The translations under genes were made by a program, and so were the position numbers. The notes under the pieces were generated by a model, which saw nothing but the letters and a program-made list of their open reading frames with translations, was not told the origin of the DNA and did not search any database. Source: an uncultured Candidatus Binatia bacterium (GTDB lineage: Bacteria; Desulfobacterota; Binatia; UBA9968; JAJDTQ01). From it: 64,000 nt of DNA. The stretch is from positions 3,895,973-3,959,972 of the forward strand of contig OZ244070.1 in assembly GCA_965215605.1 (NCBI GenBank), in the 5' to 3' direction. Shown piece after piece: positions 29,221-39,879 of this stretch. Each line of letters opens with the position of its first letter. The first letter of the stretch is position 1.

Positions 29221-30603
29221 TCAACCGTTGCCGCCGTTCCCGGACAGGAAGTAGCCGCCGGTTATCGCGTCATGCCAGGTCTTGGCGACTCCCGGCGCCA
29301 CGCCCAGAGGCAGGTCCGCCTCCGGCGTCCAGTAGGAATGGACGCCGGCCTGGAAGTGCATCAACGCGGTCTTGGGGGCCGGCTCCATGCGGGCGAACAT
29401 GGGCATCACCATGCTGCGGTAAGCATCGGCGGCGTGGTCGCGGCTATCCTTGGTGACGCAAAAGAGGACCGGCGGCACCGGCTTGACCCCAGGGCCCTGA
29501 AGCTCCCGCCCGTAGCTCAGATACTGGCGCACCAGCGCTTCCGTGCCCTTCTCGTCCAGGCCCATCCTGCCGGCGCTCACACGGGCGCCCTCTTCCAGCG
29601 ACGGCTCGATGTTGGTGCTGACGACGTACTCGCACTTGAACTGGGGCTGGTCCTTGGCCGCATCCCAGGCCTCCATCACCTCCTCGATGACCATGGGCAG
29701 CCGCATGAGCGCCACGGGGCCGTCCTGGCCAAGCTTCTCCGGCCCGATGTAGCGCGCCTTGTCGCGCCAGGTGCGGACGTAGAGCTCGTAGAACGGGTCC
29801 ACCCGACTGGTCTCGGTAACCCGCGCTTCATAGTCGCCGATGGCGCCCAGGGAGCCTTGTACCGCCAGCTTGGCTTCATTGATGTAGCCGAAGGCCGAGT
29901 TCTCGACGGCCATGACGCCAGCGACGTTGGGCACCCGTTGCGAGAGCATGAAGACGAACGGTCCGCCGGTGGAGTGGCCGTGGACGTAGACGGAGTACTC
30001 GCCGTCCGGCAGGTTGCGCGCCATGACCTGCTTGCCGCCCTCCTCGAAGGCGGCCGGCCAGCCCGCGAGGCGGTACCAGAAGGTCGTGCCGGGCTTGGCG
30101 TGCAGCACCGTGCGGGTGCCGTAGCGCTCGCGGAGGGAGCTGTCCTTCACCACCTCGTACTGGTCGGGGGTGATGTGCTCGCCGGTGAGCCAGGTAGGGG
30201 TGCGGATGGTGCCGTCCGGGTTGATGGTATCGCCGGGCCAGTTGCGGGACGGGTGGTCCAGATAGAGCCGTCCCGGGTAGGTCATGGTGGCCACCTTGAT
30301 GCCGAACTTGCCGGCCAGAAGGCGCGCCACCGGGGCCATGGTCTTGAAGTCCCCGTCGCCCCCGGAAAGAAGGTACGCCCCGGCCTTCCGCCCGTCCGCG
30401 CCCACGACGATCCGCCCGGGGTCCTCCGGTTCATAGATCTGCGCGCCGACGTCCCACTCCAGGCCCACGGCCTGCACGCGCACCAGGTCCTCGTACTCCT
30501 TCAGCGGAATGTCCGGCATCGCCAGCACCGCGCGGGAGTCCGCGAGGCACTGCTCCCGCGACACCTCCGCGGGGGGTGCCCAGATTGCGTTCGGCTGTGT
30601 CAT
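29221..30603 (-). CDS. Uncharacterised protein, probable alpha/beta-hydrolase fold
   Basis: VHGHSTGGP nucleophile elbow and C-terminal GVHSY His candidate; start MTQPNA after AGGAGG. Confidence 0.6.
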   Translation of the reverse strand: MTQPNAIWAPPAEVSREQCLADSRAVLAMPDIPLKEYEDLVRVQAVGLEWDVGAQIYEPEDPGRIVVGADGRKAGAYLLSGGDGDFKTMAPVARLLAGKFGIKVATMTYPGRLYLDHPSRNWPGDTINPDGTIRTPTWLTGEHITPDQYEVVKDSSLRERYGTRTVLHAKPGTTFWYRLAGWPAAFEEGGKQVMARNLPDGEYSVYVHGHSTGGPFVFMLSQRVPNVAGVMAVENSAFGYINEAKLAVQGSLGAIGDYEARVTETSRVDPFYELYVRTWRDKARYIGPEKLGQDGPVALMRLPMVIEEVMEAWDAAKDQPQFKCEYVVSTNIEPSLEEGARVSAGRMGLDEKGTEALVRQYLSYGRELQGPGVKPVPPVLFCVTKDSRDHAADAYRSMVMPMFARMEPAPKTALMHFQAGVHSYWTPEADLPLGVAPGVAKTWHDAITGGYFLSGNGGNG

Positions 30604-30643
30604 CGGTGTTGCCTCCTCCTGCCTGTCTCGGCGGTTCGATTTC

Positions 30644-30673
30644 TGGATCCCTGGTCGGGGCCCGGGATGACGA
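30644..30673. repeat. Degenerate REP-like palindrome
   Basis: TGGATCCC...CCCGGGATGACG; ends resemble the 39693 and 54136 elements. Confidence 0.45.
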
Positions 30674-30682
30674 GGAAGCGCC

Positions 30683-31822
30683 CTACTCCACGCCGTACAG
30701 CCGTGCGCAGTTGGTCCAGAGGATCTTCTCCAACGACTCCTTCTTGAGACCCGGCAGCGAGGTGAAGGTGGAGACGGCCTCGGGCCAGCGGGAGTCGATG
30801 TGGGGATAATCGGTGGAGAAAACGATGTTGTCGTCACCCATGTAGTCGATGACGCTGACCACCAGCCCCTCGTCCACGTCCGCGGAGATGAAGCACTGCT
30901 CGCGGAAGTACTCGCTGGGCTTCTTCCGCAAGGGAACCTCCGCCATGGCGCCCTGAAGCTCGCAGTACTCGTCCAGACGGTACATCAGCCACGGCAGCCA
31001 ACTGCAGTTGCCTTCGAGGAAGGCCACCCGGAGCTTGGGAAACCGCTCCAGCACGCCGCCGGCGCAGAACGCGCTGACCGCCAGGATCAGCTCCACGGGA
31101 TTGCGCAGGGGATTCACCAGCAACTGCTCATTGGGGTGCCCCTCGAAGCGCCGGGACACCTGGACCTGATTGGGGCGCGCCGGCGGATGAAAACAGATGG
31201 GAACGTCGAGGTCCACGGCCTCCGCCCACAGCGCATCGAACTCCCGGTCGTGGATGTGACGCCCGTTGATGGGCTCGGGACAGAGGGACAACCCCACCGC
31301 GCCCAACTCCTTCACCGACCGCCGGGCCTCCTGGACCGCCAGGTCCACGTCGTGCAGCGTGATCAGCGCCGAGCCCTTGAGGCGCGACGGATCGGCGCTG
31401 CAGAAGTCTTGCATCCATTCGTTCCAGGCCTTGCAGAGGTCGTTGGCATAGTCGGGCTCGAAGTCCTCGTTGGTATGGAGCGGCGAGGTGCGGAACTGCA
31501 CCGCGACGTCCAGTCCTTCCTCATCCATGGCTTCGATCTGCGAGAAGTTGTTGTAGTTCTGGCTGGCGGGCCGGATGTAGGCATCCTTCTGGCGCTTCTC
31601 GTGAAAGTTCACCACCTTGCCCGGGGTGCGGATGGGGCTGCCGTCGCCCAGCACGTAGCGGGTCATGCCATGACGGGTAAGGCCCTTCCCTTCCCGTTCC
31701 TCCCGCGGCGCTCCGCGGGGAATGCGGTCGCCCCACTTGGGGTTCATGTAGGTCAGGTAAAGGTCGTGGGGCTCGAACACGTGCATGTCGCTGTCGAGTA
31801 TCCTCAAACCGTCTCTCGTCAC
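30683..31822 (-). CDS. Amidohydrolase_2 family protein
   Basis: ILDSDMH, CFHPP, FLEGNCSWLP, STDYPHID; GTG start. Confidence 0.92.
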   Translation of the reverse strand: MTRDGLRILDSDMHVFEPHDLYLTYMNPKWGDRIPRGAPREEREGKGLTRHGMTRYVLGDGSPIRTPGKVVNFHEKRQKDAYIRPASQNYNNFSQIEAMDEEGLDVAVQFRTSPLHTNEDFEPDYANDLCKAWNEWMQDFCSADPSRLKGSALITLHDVDLAVQEARRSVKELGAVGLSLCPEPINGRHIHDREFDALWAEAVDLDVPICFHPPARPNQVQVSRRFEGHPNEQLLVNPLRNPVELILAVSAFCAGGVLERFPKLRVAFLEGNCSWLPWLMYRLDEYCELQGAMAEVPLRKKPSEYFREQCFISADVDEGLVVSVIDYMGDDNIVFSTDYPHIDSRWPEAVSTFTSLPGLKKESLEKILWTNCARLYGVE

Positions 31823-31850
31823 GGGATTCCTCCGTTCCCGGCGGGCCGTT

Positions 31851-33128
31851 TCAACCCTGGTCCGCCGCACCCTTCGTATAAGCCTCGGCCAGGAAGTCGG
31901 CGGTGTGCACGACGCGGATGGACGAACCCTGGTCCCGGAGCGCCGCCTGGATCTGGAGGATGCAGCCCGGATTCCCGGTCACCAGAATCTCCGCGCCCGT
32001 CGCCGTCACGTTTCTCGCCTTTCGCGCCGCCAACCTTCCCGCCAGCTCCGGTTCCGTCAGATTGTAGCTGCCCGCGCTGCCGCAGCAGACCTCCGCCTCG
32101 TGGAGCTCCACCCATTCGACGCCCGGGACGTCCTTGAGGAGCCGCCGCGGCTCCGCGTGAACGCCCTGCCCGTTCAGCAGGTGACAGGCGTCGTGATAGG
32201 CCACCTTCACGTTCATGCGGCGCCTGGGTTCCACATCGGGCAGCCCATGGAGGAACTCTGCCACATCCCGCACCTTGGCGGCAACGCGTTGGGCGGCCGG
32301 TCGAAGCGCGGGATCGTCCTTGAAATGCTCGCCGTACTCCCGCATGGCGGCGCCGCAACCCGCCGCGTTGGTCAATACCGCGTCCAGTTCCGGGGAATCG
32401 AAGGCTGCTATGGCCCGGCGCGCCAGCTCCAGGCCACGCTCCCGATCGCCGTTGTGCAGCAACAGGGCGCCGCAGCAACCAGCCCCCGCCGGCGCGCGCA
32501 CCTCGCAGCCGTGTTCCGTCAACAGTTTCACCGTGTTGGTGTGGGTGCCGCCAAAAAGGCTCTGCATGACGCAGCCCGCCAGCAGGCCCACGCGATGGCG
32601 CACCTCGGCCCGCGGAACGGTCCGTTCAGGGAGGCGTACCGACCGGAAAGGGGCGTGCGGGTCCGGCAGATAACGCAACAACCGGCGGACCGGCGCCGGC
32701 GCCCAACCGGCACGGGCCAGCCGGTGGACTCCAAACCGCGTCATGCAGCGGACGCTCCAACCGAACACTCTCATGACCGCCGCATTGGGGAAGGTCCGGT
32801 TCACCAGCCAGCGCTTTATGCGCTCCGGCCAGGAACGGCGGTGCCGCGATTCGATGAAATGCCGGGCGCCCTCGATGAGGGTGCCGTAGCGCACGCCGGA
32901 CGGGCAAATGGTCTCGCAGGCCCGGCAGCCGAGACAAAGGTCCAGGTGCCTGACGCCGGCGTCATCCAGTGGAATGGTTCCCCGGTCGATGGAGCGCATG
33001 AGCTGGATCCGTCCCCGTGGGGAGTCCATCTCCGTTCCCAACTCGAGGAAAGTGGGACACGACGCCACGCAAAGCCCGCAATGGATACAGCTTCCGGAGC
33101 GTTCAAAGTCAGCGACTTGGCCAGCCAT
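31851..33128 (-). CDS. glcF: Glycolate oxidase iron-sulfur subunit
   Basis: CIHCGLCVASCPT and CLGCRACETICP 4Fe-4S motifs, SPRGRI, CCG domains, YHDACHL, TGNPGC. Confidence 0.9.
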   Translation of the reverse strand: MAGQVADFERSGSCIHCGLCVASCPTFLELGTEMDSPRGRIQLMRSIDRGTIPLDDAGVRHLDLCLGCRACETICPSGVRYGTLIEGARHFIESRHRRSWPERIKRWLVNRTFPNAAVMRVFGWSVRCMTRFGVHRLARAGWAPAPVRRLLRYLPDPHAPFRSVRLPERTVPRAEVRHRVGLLAGCVMQSLFGGTHTNTVKLLTEHGCEVRAPAGAGCCGALLLHNGDRERGLELARRAIAAFDSPELDAVLTNAAGCGAAMREYGEHFKDDPALRPAAQRVAAKVRDVAEFLHGLPDVEPRRRMNVKVAYHDACHLLNGQGVHAEPRRLLKDVPGVEWVELHEAEVCCGSAGSYNLTEPELAGRLAARKARNVTATGAEILVTGNPGCILQIQAALRDQGSSIRVVHTADFLAEAYTKGAADQG

Positions 33129-33149
33129 AATTCATCCGATAGCAGATAT

Positions 33150-34487
33150 CTAGATGCCGCCGAGAAACCGCCCCGGCGACAGGACACCCGTGGGGTCCAG
33201 CGCCCGCTTGATGCTCTTCATCAGCTCCAGGCCCTCGGGGAGGACGCCCCATAGGTCCAGGGCGGGCTTGAGGTCCGGAGAAGCCCGCTCCACCACCAGG
33301 GTGCCGCCCAGCCCCGTGGCTTCCCCCCGCAACCGGTCGACGGCCGCCACGGCCCACCCCCTGACGTCCGAGTCGTCCGGCGGCGACATGCGCAGGTGGA
33401 TGATGCCGTTGCCGGCATGGGCCTGCACCGCCATGGTCGATCCGTTTCGCGCACCCTCGTCCTCCAGCGCCGTGATGAAGGCCGCCAACCTGGCTGGCAG
33501 GACACTGACCTTGAGGCCGAGAACCGGCTCTCCCAGGGCGGGAGCATCCCTCAACTCCGCAACCACCGCGCCGCCCTCCTCGTCCGAAAGCTCCTCCAGG
33601 CGGTCATCGCCTCCCACCAGGGACGACAATGTCGCTGCCTGATCGGCCACGTCCTCCTTGGCGCCGGCGAGCCCCACCATGACAACGCAGCCCGGCACGG
33701 AGGCCGGGAGGCGCGCCACCAGCTCGATGAACGACGGCTCCAGCGGCGCCGTCAGGACCCGATCCAACAGCCTCTCCGCACCCGCCATATCGCCGCGGGC
33801 GATCCGCACCACCGCCCTCGCCTCGGGCAGCGTGCGCAGCTTGAAGGTGGCCTCGACGATCACCCCCAGAGTGCCCAGCGCGCCGCAATAGAGCTTGCCC
33901 AGGTCATAGCCGGCGACATTCTTGACGACCCGGCCTCCGCTCTTGGCGAGGGACCCGTCCGCCCTTACCACCGTGATGCCGATGAGGAGGTCGCGGACCG
34001 TTCCCTGGGAGAACCGGGACGGGCCGCTCAGGTCCGCGCTGATGAGACCGCCCACGCTGGTGCGGTCCGGAAGCGGTGGTTCCACGGGCAGCCACTGACC
34101 GGCGACGGCCACCGCCGCCTGGAGCCCGTGGAGGTCGGCGCCGGCCTCCGCGGTCAGGGTCATGTTAGCGGGCTGGTGGTCCACCAGCGCGTTCAGCGAC
34201 GCAAGGGAGAGCGCCAGGAACGGCCGCCGCGACGGCGCCCCCAGCCCCAAGTGCGCGCCAAACCCCGCCGGCACCACCGCCACGCCCCGGGCGGCCGCGG
34301 ACTCCATGACCCGCTGGACCTGCGCGACCGACCCCGGAAAGACCACCCGGGCCGGCCGCACGCCGTCCAGGGCGAACCGCGCGAGGTCGGCATCCGTCCC
34401 CGCCCGAGGCGCGTCCTGGGAGTTCCGCAGGTCGTGATCCAACCCGGCCCAATCGGGCGCCGGTTCGGTGAGGGATTCGTGGTTCAT
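33150..34487 (-). CDS. glcE: Glycolate oxidase FAD-binding subunit
   Basis: SGGRVVKNVAGYDLGKLYCGALGTLG, IKRALDPTGVLSPGR; lies between glcD and glcF. Confidence 0.85.
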   Translation of the reverse strand: MNHESLTEPAPDWAGLDHDLRNSQDAPRAGTDADLARFALDGVRPARVVFPGSVAQVQRVMESAAARGVAVVPAGFGAHLGLGAPSRRPFLALSLASLNALVDHQPANMTLTAEAGADLHGLQAAVAVAGQWLPVEPPLPDRTSVGGLISADLSGPSRFSQGTVRDLLIGITVVRADGSLAKSGGRVVKNVAGYDLGKLYCGALGTLGVIVEATFKLRTLPEARAVVRIARGDMAGAERLLDRVLTAPLEPSFIELVARLPASVPGCVVMVGLAGAKEDVADQAATLSSLVGGDDRLEELSDEEGGAVVAELRDAPALGEPVLGLKVSVLPARLAAFITALEDEGARNGSTMAVQAHAGNGIIHLRMSPPDDSDVRGWAVAAVDRLRGEATGLGGTLVVERASPDLKPALDLWGVLPEGLELMKSIKRALDPTGVLSPGRFLGGI

Positions 34488-34513
34488 TGCGACCGCGTCA
34501 CGGTCCGGCCGGC

Positions 34514-35941
<1,428 letters not shown>

Positions 35942-35996
35942 AGAGGCGCCCCGTTTCGGAGCGGATGCCTGCGTGGGAAGTACCGGACTACGGACG

Positions 35997-36500
35997 TCAG
36001 CCGCCGTAGAAGACCTTCTCCCCCAGGTCCTTCATGATGAGGGTGGCGTCGTCGGCGCGTCCCTCGATCTCGCCCCGCACGCCCGCTTCCACCACCTCGC
36101 CGATGAAGACCGAGTGGTCGCCCTTCTCCACCGTTTCCACGAGTTTGCACTCGACATAGGCCGGCGTGCCGGCCAGCACCGGAGCCCCGGTCGCCCCGGC
36201 GGTGAACGCCTCGCCGCCGATGGTGTCGCCTTCCCGTTCCAGCGACTTGAAGAAGGCGAAGGCCTGGCCCTGCTGCCCCTTGCCCAGCACGTTCAGGGCA
36301 AACGCGCCCGACTCCTTGATGATATCATGCGCACCCGAGTCCGCCTTGACTCCCACCACCACCAGAGGGGGCGCGAAGGAAGCCTGTGTCACCCAGTTCA
36401 CGGTGGCCGCGGCCACCCGGCCGTCCTTGGCCTCACTGGTCAGAACGTAGAGTCCGTAGGGGATCATGCGAAGAGCGGTCTTCTTGGCATCGGCGTCCAT
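35997..36500 (-). CDS. Flavin reductase-like protein
   Basis: IPYGLYVLT, QASFAPPLV, FALNVL, GDHSVFIGEV. Confidence 0.88.
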   Translation of the reverse strand: MDADAKKTALRMIPYGLYVLTSEAKDGRVAAATVNWVTQASFAPPLVVVGVKADSGAHDIIKESGAFALNVLGKGQQGQAFAFFKSLEREGDTIGGEAFTAGATGAPVLAGTPAYVECKLVETVEKGDHSVFIGEVVEAGVRGEIEGRADDATLIMKDLGEKVFYGG

Positions 36501-36686
36501 TCATTCCTCCTTGAATCTCGTTGAAATGCCCGCTCCGCCGCCATGCCAGCGCGGGCCGTGGAATTGACCGAGAAAGTAACAATTCCGGGCGAGGGCGTAA
36601 AGGTATAAACCCTGTTGCTTGATAAGGGCAGCAGCCGTCCGATTCTCCAGAGAGGAATCCTTCGTATCCAGTTTCCCACCATCGAG

Positions 36687-36736
36687 TTGACAATCCAATA
36701 TGTAAGATTGACAATAGGCGGCTAAAGTGTTGACAA
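36687..36736 (+). promoter_or_regulatory. Three phased TTGACAA direct repeats (candidate operator/promoter)
   Basis: TTGACAA at 36687, 36708 and 36730 (21 and 22 bp apart) in an AT-rich stretch just upstream of the DUF4325 gene. Confidence 0.6.
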
Positions 36737-36749
36737 CGGAGGGGCAGTC

Positions 36750-37796
36750 GTGGCCGGAATACGGGAAAGAGGTCGAACGATTCGTGACTACATCGTTGCG
36801 CACGTCCGCGCCCATCCCTACGACATCGCACAAATTTGTGCCGATCATTTCAACATCTCGCGCCAAGCCGCCAACAAGCACCTCGGGCGTCTTGTCGCCG
36901 ACGGCCTCTTGACCGCGCAAGGTGCGACACGCAGTCGCCGTTACTCGCTAACCGCGCTGGACGAAAAGAAGATCGTGGTTCAACTCACGGAGGGGACCGA
37001 CGAGGATGCCGTCTGGCGGAGGGAAGTAGCGCCGCTCTTGGCCCCTATACCCCAAGACGCCCGCGAGATTTGGCAATACGGCTTCACGGAAATGCTGAAC
37101 AACGCAATTGACCATTCATCAGGGACCTGTGTGAGCATCATGGTCGCACGCACGGCGGTCGATGTGAACCTCACGCTGCTGGACAATGGAGAAGGCATTT
37201 TCCGCAAGATTGCCAAGGAACTGCGGCTCGACGACGAACGGCATGCAGTCCTCGAACTGGCAAAGGGAAAGTTGACCACCGATCCGGAGAACCATACCGG
37301 TGAAGGCATCTTCTTCACTTCACGCCTGTTCGACGAGTTCAATCTGCTATCTCGAAATGTCTTCTTCTCACACGACAGTGCTACTCGGGTGGATTGGATT
37401 CAAGAAAGCAGGGCGGTATCCGGCGGCGCAGAATTTCCGGGCACATTGGTTGTCCTGCAACTGAACAACGATACCACCAGGAGCACCAAACAAGTGTTTG
37501 ACGAGTATACGGAGGATGGGGACTACGGATTCTCCAAAACCGTCGTCCCTGTCAGTTTGGTCCGATACGGCGACGAAGCCGTGATATCGCGTTCCCAAGC
37601 CAAGCGGCTGCTGGCGCGATTCGACCGCTTCAAGAAAGTGATCCTGGATTTTGAAGGTGTGGAGCAAATTGGACAGGCCTTCGCTGACGAAGTGTTTCGC
37701 GTGTTCGCCAGAGCCCATCCCAATGTCGCGATCGTTCCGTTCAATACGAAACCGGACGTGGACGCCATGATACGCCGCGCCCGCAACACGACCTGA
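36750..37796 (+). CDS. wHTH + HATPase_c + STAS-like (DUF4325) fusion protein
   Basis: N-terminal HTH (FNISRQAANKHLGRLV..G); GHKL boxes EMLNNAIDHS, DNGEGI, GEGIFF, GTLV; C-terminal SRSQAKRLL...ILDFEGVEQIGQAFADEVF; visibly lower GC than its neighbours. Confidence 0.82.
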   Translation: MAGIRERGRTIRDYIVAHVRAHPYDIAQICADHFNISRQAANKHLGRLVADGLLTAQGATRSRRYSLTALDEKKIVVQLTEGTDEDAVWRREVAPLLAPIPQDAREIWQYGFTEMLNNAIDHSSGTCVSIMVARTAVDVNLTLLDNGEGIFRKIAKELRLDDERHAVLELAKGKLTTDPENHTGEGIFFTSRLFDEFNLLSRNVFFSHDSATRVDWIQESRAVSGGAEFPGTLVVLQLNNDTTRSTKQVFDEYTEDGDYGFSKTVVPVSLVRYGDEAVISRSQAKRLLARFDRFKKVILDFEGVEQIGQAFADEVFRVFARAHPNVAIVPFNTKPDVDAMIRRARNTT

Positions 37797-37909
37797 AACA
37801 GTGTGGACTCTGCCGATGCGAACTCTCGCAGGCAAGGGCGAAGTGTCCGTGCCAATGTCGAGATGTTTCTGGTAAATTCGAATTCAAGGACACGACCCGA
37901 GCTGAATCC

Positions 37910-38866
37910 ATGCCACCCAAGGTTCACATAGACGGCCACGTGGGCACCACGGGGTTGCGTATTCGTGACTGGCTCGCGGGACGCCCGGACATCGAGGTGT
38001 CCACGCTGCACGAGGACCGGCGGAAGGACGACCGGGCGCGGCGCGCGGCCATCGAGGCATCGGACCTGACGGTACTGTGTCTGCCGGACGACGCCGCCCG
38101 GGAAGCGGCGGGGTGGGCCGGCGAATGCGGGACGCGTGTCATCGACGCCAGCACCGCCCATCGGGTAGCGGAGGGGTGGGTCTACGGGCTGCCGGAACTC
38201 GACGGGACGCAACGAGACGCCATCGGCGAGGCCCGTTTCGTGGCCAACCCCGGCTGTTACCCCTCGGCCTTCATCCTGTTGACCCGGCCGCTGGTGGACG
38301 AGGGGTTGCTGCCTCACGATACGCCGGTGTCCATCCATGCCCTGTCGGGCTATTCCGGCGGCGGACGCGGATTGATCGACAAATGGGAGAGCCCGGAGCA
38401 GGGCTTAAGCTCGCTGCCCTTCGAGGCGCCCTATGCCTTGGGCGCCAGGCACAAGCACATCCCGGAGATGATGGCCTACAGCGGCCTCAGCACGGAGCCG
38501 CACTTCGTGCCGGCGGTGGGGCCGTTCCGCTGCGGCATGCGGGTGGAGGTGCCGATCCCTCTGGGCATGCTGCCCATGGGGGGGACCAGCTCGGCGATCC
38601 TGGAGTGCCTGCGGGAACGCTACGACGGCGAGCCCTTCGTCCGGGTCGTCCATCATCCGGACCCGCGCGAAGCCCACGAGCGCAGCTTCGACCCGCGGGC
38701 TTGCAACGACACCAACTGCATGGAGTTGCATGTGGTGCCGCACCCTTCGGGTCACACCCTTCTGGTGGCCCTTCTCGACAACCTGGGCAAGGGCGCCAGC
38801 GGCGTCGCCATCCAGAACCTGAACCTGATGCTCGGCCTTCCGGAGACCGCGCACCTGCCGGACTGA
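37910..38866 (+). CDS. argC: N-acetyl-gamma-glutamyl-phosphate reductase (type 2)
   Basis: IDGHVGTTGLRI, IDASTAHRV, WVYGLPEL, ANPGCYP, SGYSGGG, DNLGKGASG.AIQNLNLMLG. Confidence 0.95.
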   Translation: MPPKVHIDGHVGTTGLRIRDWLAGRPDIEVSTLHEDRRKDDRARRAAIEASDLTVLCLPDDAAREAAGWAGECGTRVIDASTAHRVAEGWVYGLPELDGTQRDAIGEARFVANPGCYPSAFILLTRPLVDEGLLPHDTPVSIHALSGYSGGGRGLIDKWESPEQGLSSLPFEAPYALGARHKHIPEMMAYSGLSTEPHFVPAVGPFRCGMRVEVPIPLGMLPMGGTSSAILECLRERYDGEPFVRVVHHPDPREAHERSFDPRACNDTNCMELHVVPHPSGHTLLVALLDNLGKGASGVAIQNLNLMLGLPETAHLPD

Positions 38867-38925
38867 CTCCCGGGGCGAGGCCCCTCACCAAGGTGAAACG
38901 TCATGGCCGCGCGGAGCGCGGTCGG

Positions 38926-39669
38926 CTATCCCGCCACTCCCTGCCAGATCAACTTGGCCTCCATCACGATGATGAGGGTGACGATGACGCGGTTGAACCA
39001 CTCCTTGCTGATATAGCGGGTTGTCCGCAGGCCCAAAGGCAGGAAAATCGCGATGGGGACGAGGGCGAGCACTCCCTGGCCGAGAAGCTGGCGGTCGAAC
39101 AGGCCGGCGGCAAGGACGAAGAGGAAGTGCATGGTGGTGAGGCCCAGGAACATCGTCGACGCCGCGAAGATGTAAGCCTCCTTTTCCAGTTGGAACGCGC
39201 GCACCCACGCGGCCACCACGGCGCTGGATATGCCGGCCGAGCCCTGGGAGACGCCGGCCAGAACGGCGATGAGCGGCGAGAGGACACGACCCGACCGCCC
39301 GCTGAAACGGATCTCGATGCGGAAGGCCAGCAACACCAGGTAGGCGCCCACGCACACCGCCAACGCCAGGGTCAGCATGCGCTCGTTGGCGGTGGCCAGA
39401 AACCAGGTGCCGCCGGCCACGCCAAAGGCCCCCGCCAAGGTGGCAAAGACGAGTCCCGGCACGGTGTGAAACCTGGAGCGGTAGGACCACATGACCCAGA
39501 AATTGCTGACCATGTTGGGGATGGTGATGACGATGACGGCCTGCTGGGCGCCCAGGAAACCCGCCATGATCGGTACCGCGATGAGCGGCAGGCCCATTCC
39601 CGTGGCCCCCTTCGAGAAAGCGCCGGCGCCGAGGGCGACGAAGATGATCAGCAGGGTTTCGAGGTGCAT
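38926..39669 (-). CDS. Sulfite exporter TauE/SafE family membrane protein
   Basis: GAFSKGATGMGLPLIAVP and AGVSQGSAGISS repeats; about 8 TM segments. Confidence 0.8.
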   Translation of the reverse strand: MHLETLLIIFVALGAGAFSKGATGMGLPLIAVPIMAGFLGAQQAVIVITIPNMVSNFWVMWSYRSRFHTVPGLVFATLAGAFGVAGGTWFLATANERMLTLALAVCVGAYLVLLAFRIEIRFSGRSGRVLSPLIAVLAGVSQGSAGISSAVVAAWVRAFQLEKEAYIFAASTMFLGLTTMHFLFVLAAGLFDRQLLGQGVLALVPIAIFLPLGLRTTRYISKEWFNRVIVTLIIVMEAKLIWQGVAG

Positions 39670-39692
39670 GTCAGCAAAGGGGTTGTCAGGAA

Positions 39693-39744
39693 CCGGGCCC
39701 CGGGTCAAGCTTGCCCCGGGCTTGACCCGGGGCCCGGGATGACG
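39693..39744. repeat. REP-like perfect inverted repeat
   Basis: CCGGGCCCCGGGTCAAGC (39693-39710), 9-nt loop, GCTTGACCCGGGGCCCGG (39720-39737), then GATGACG. Confidence 0.8.
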
Positions 39745-39879
39745 ATGAAAGTCGCCAGGGGTTACCGCTGCACGGCATCCCTTGCACTCGGAACTTCAAC
39801 CGGAGTAATGTGCGGGCGTGTCAAGGCCGGGCGCAAACAAGGGCTATGGAACCGAATCGGCAACAAGGAGGATTGGACC

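Noticed and set aside
36501-36920. 139-aa minus-strand ORF upstream of the flavin reductase gene
   Set aside because: It overlaps the DUF4325 gene and its AT-rich regulatory region and has no recognisable motif.
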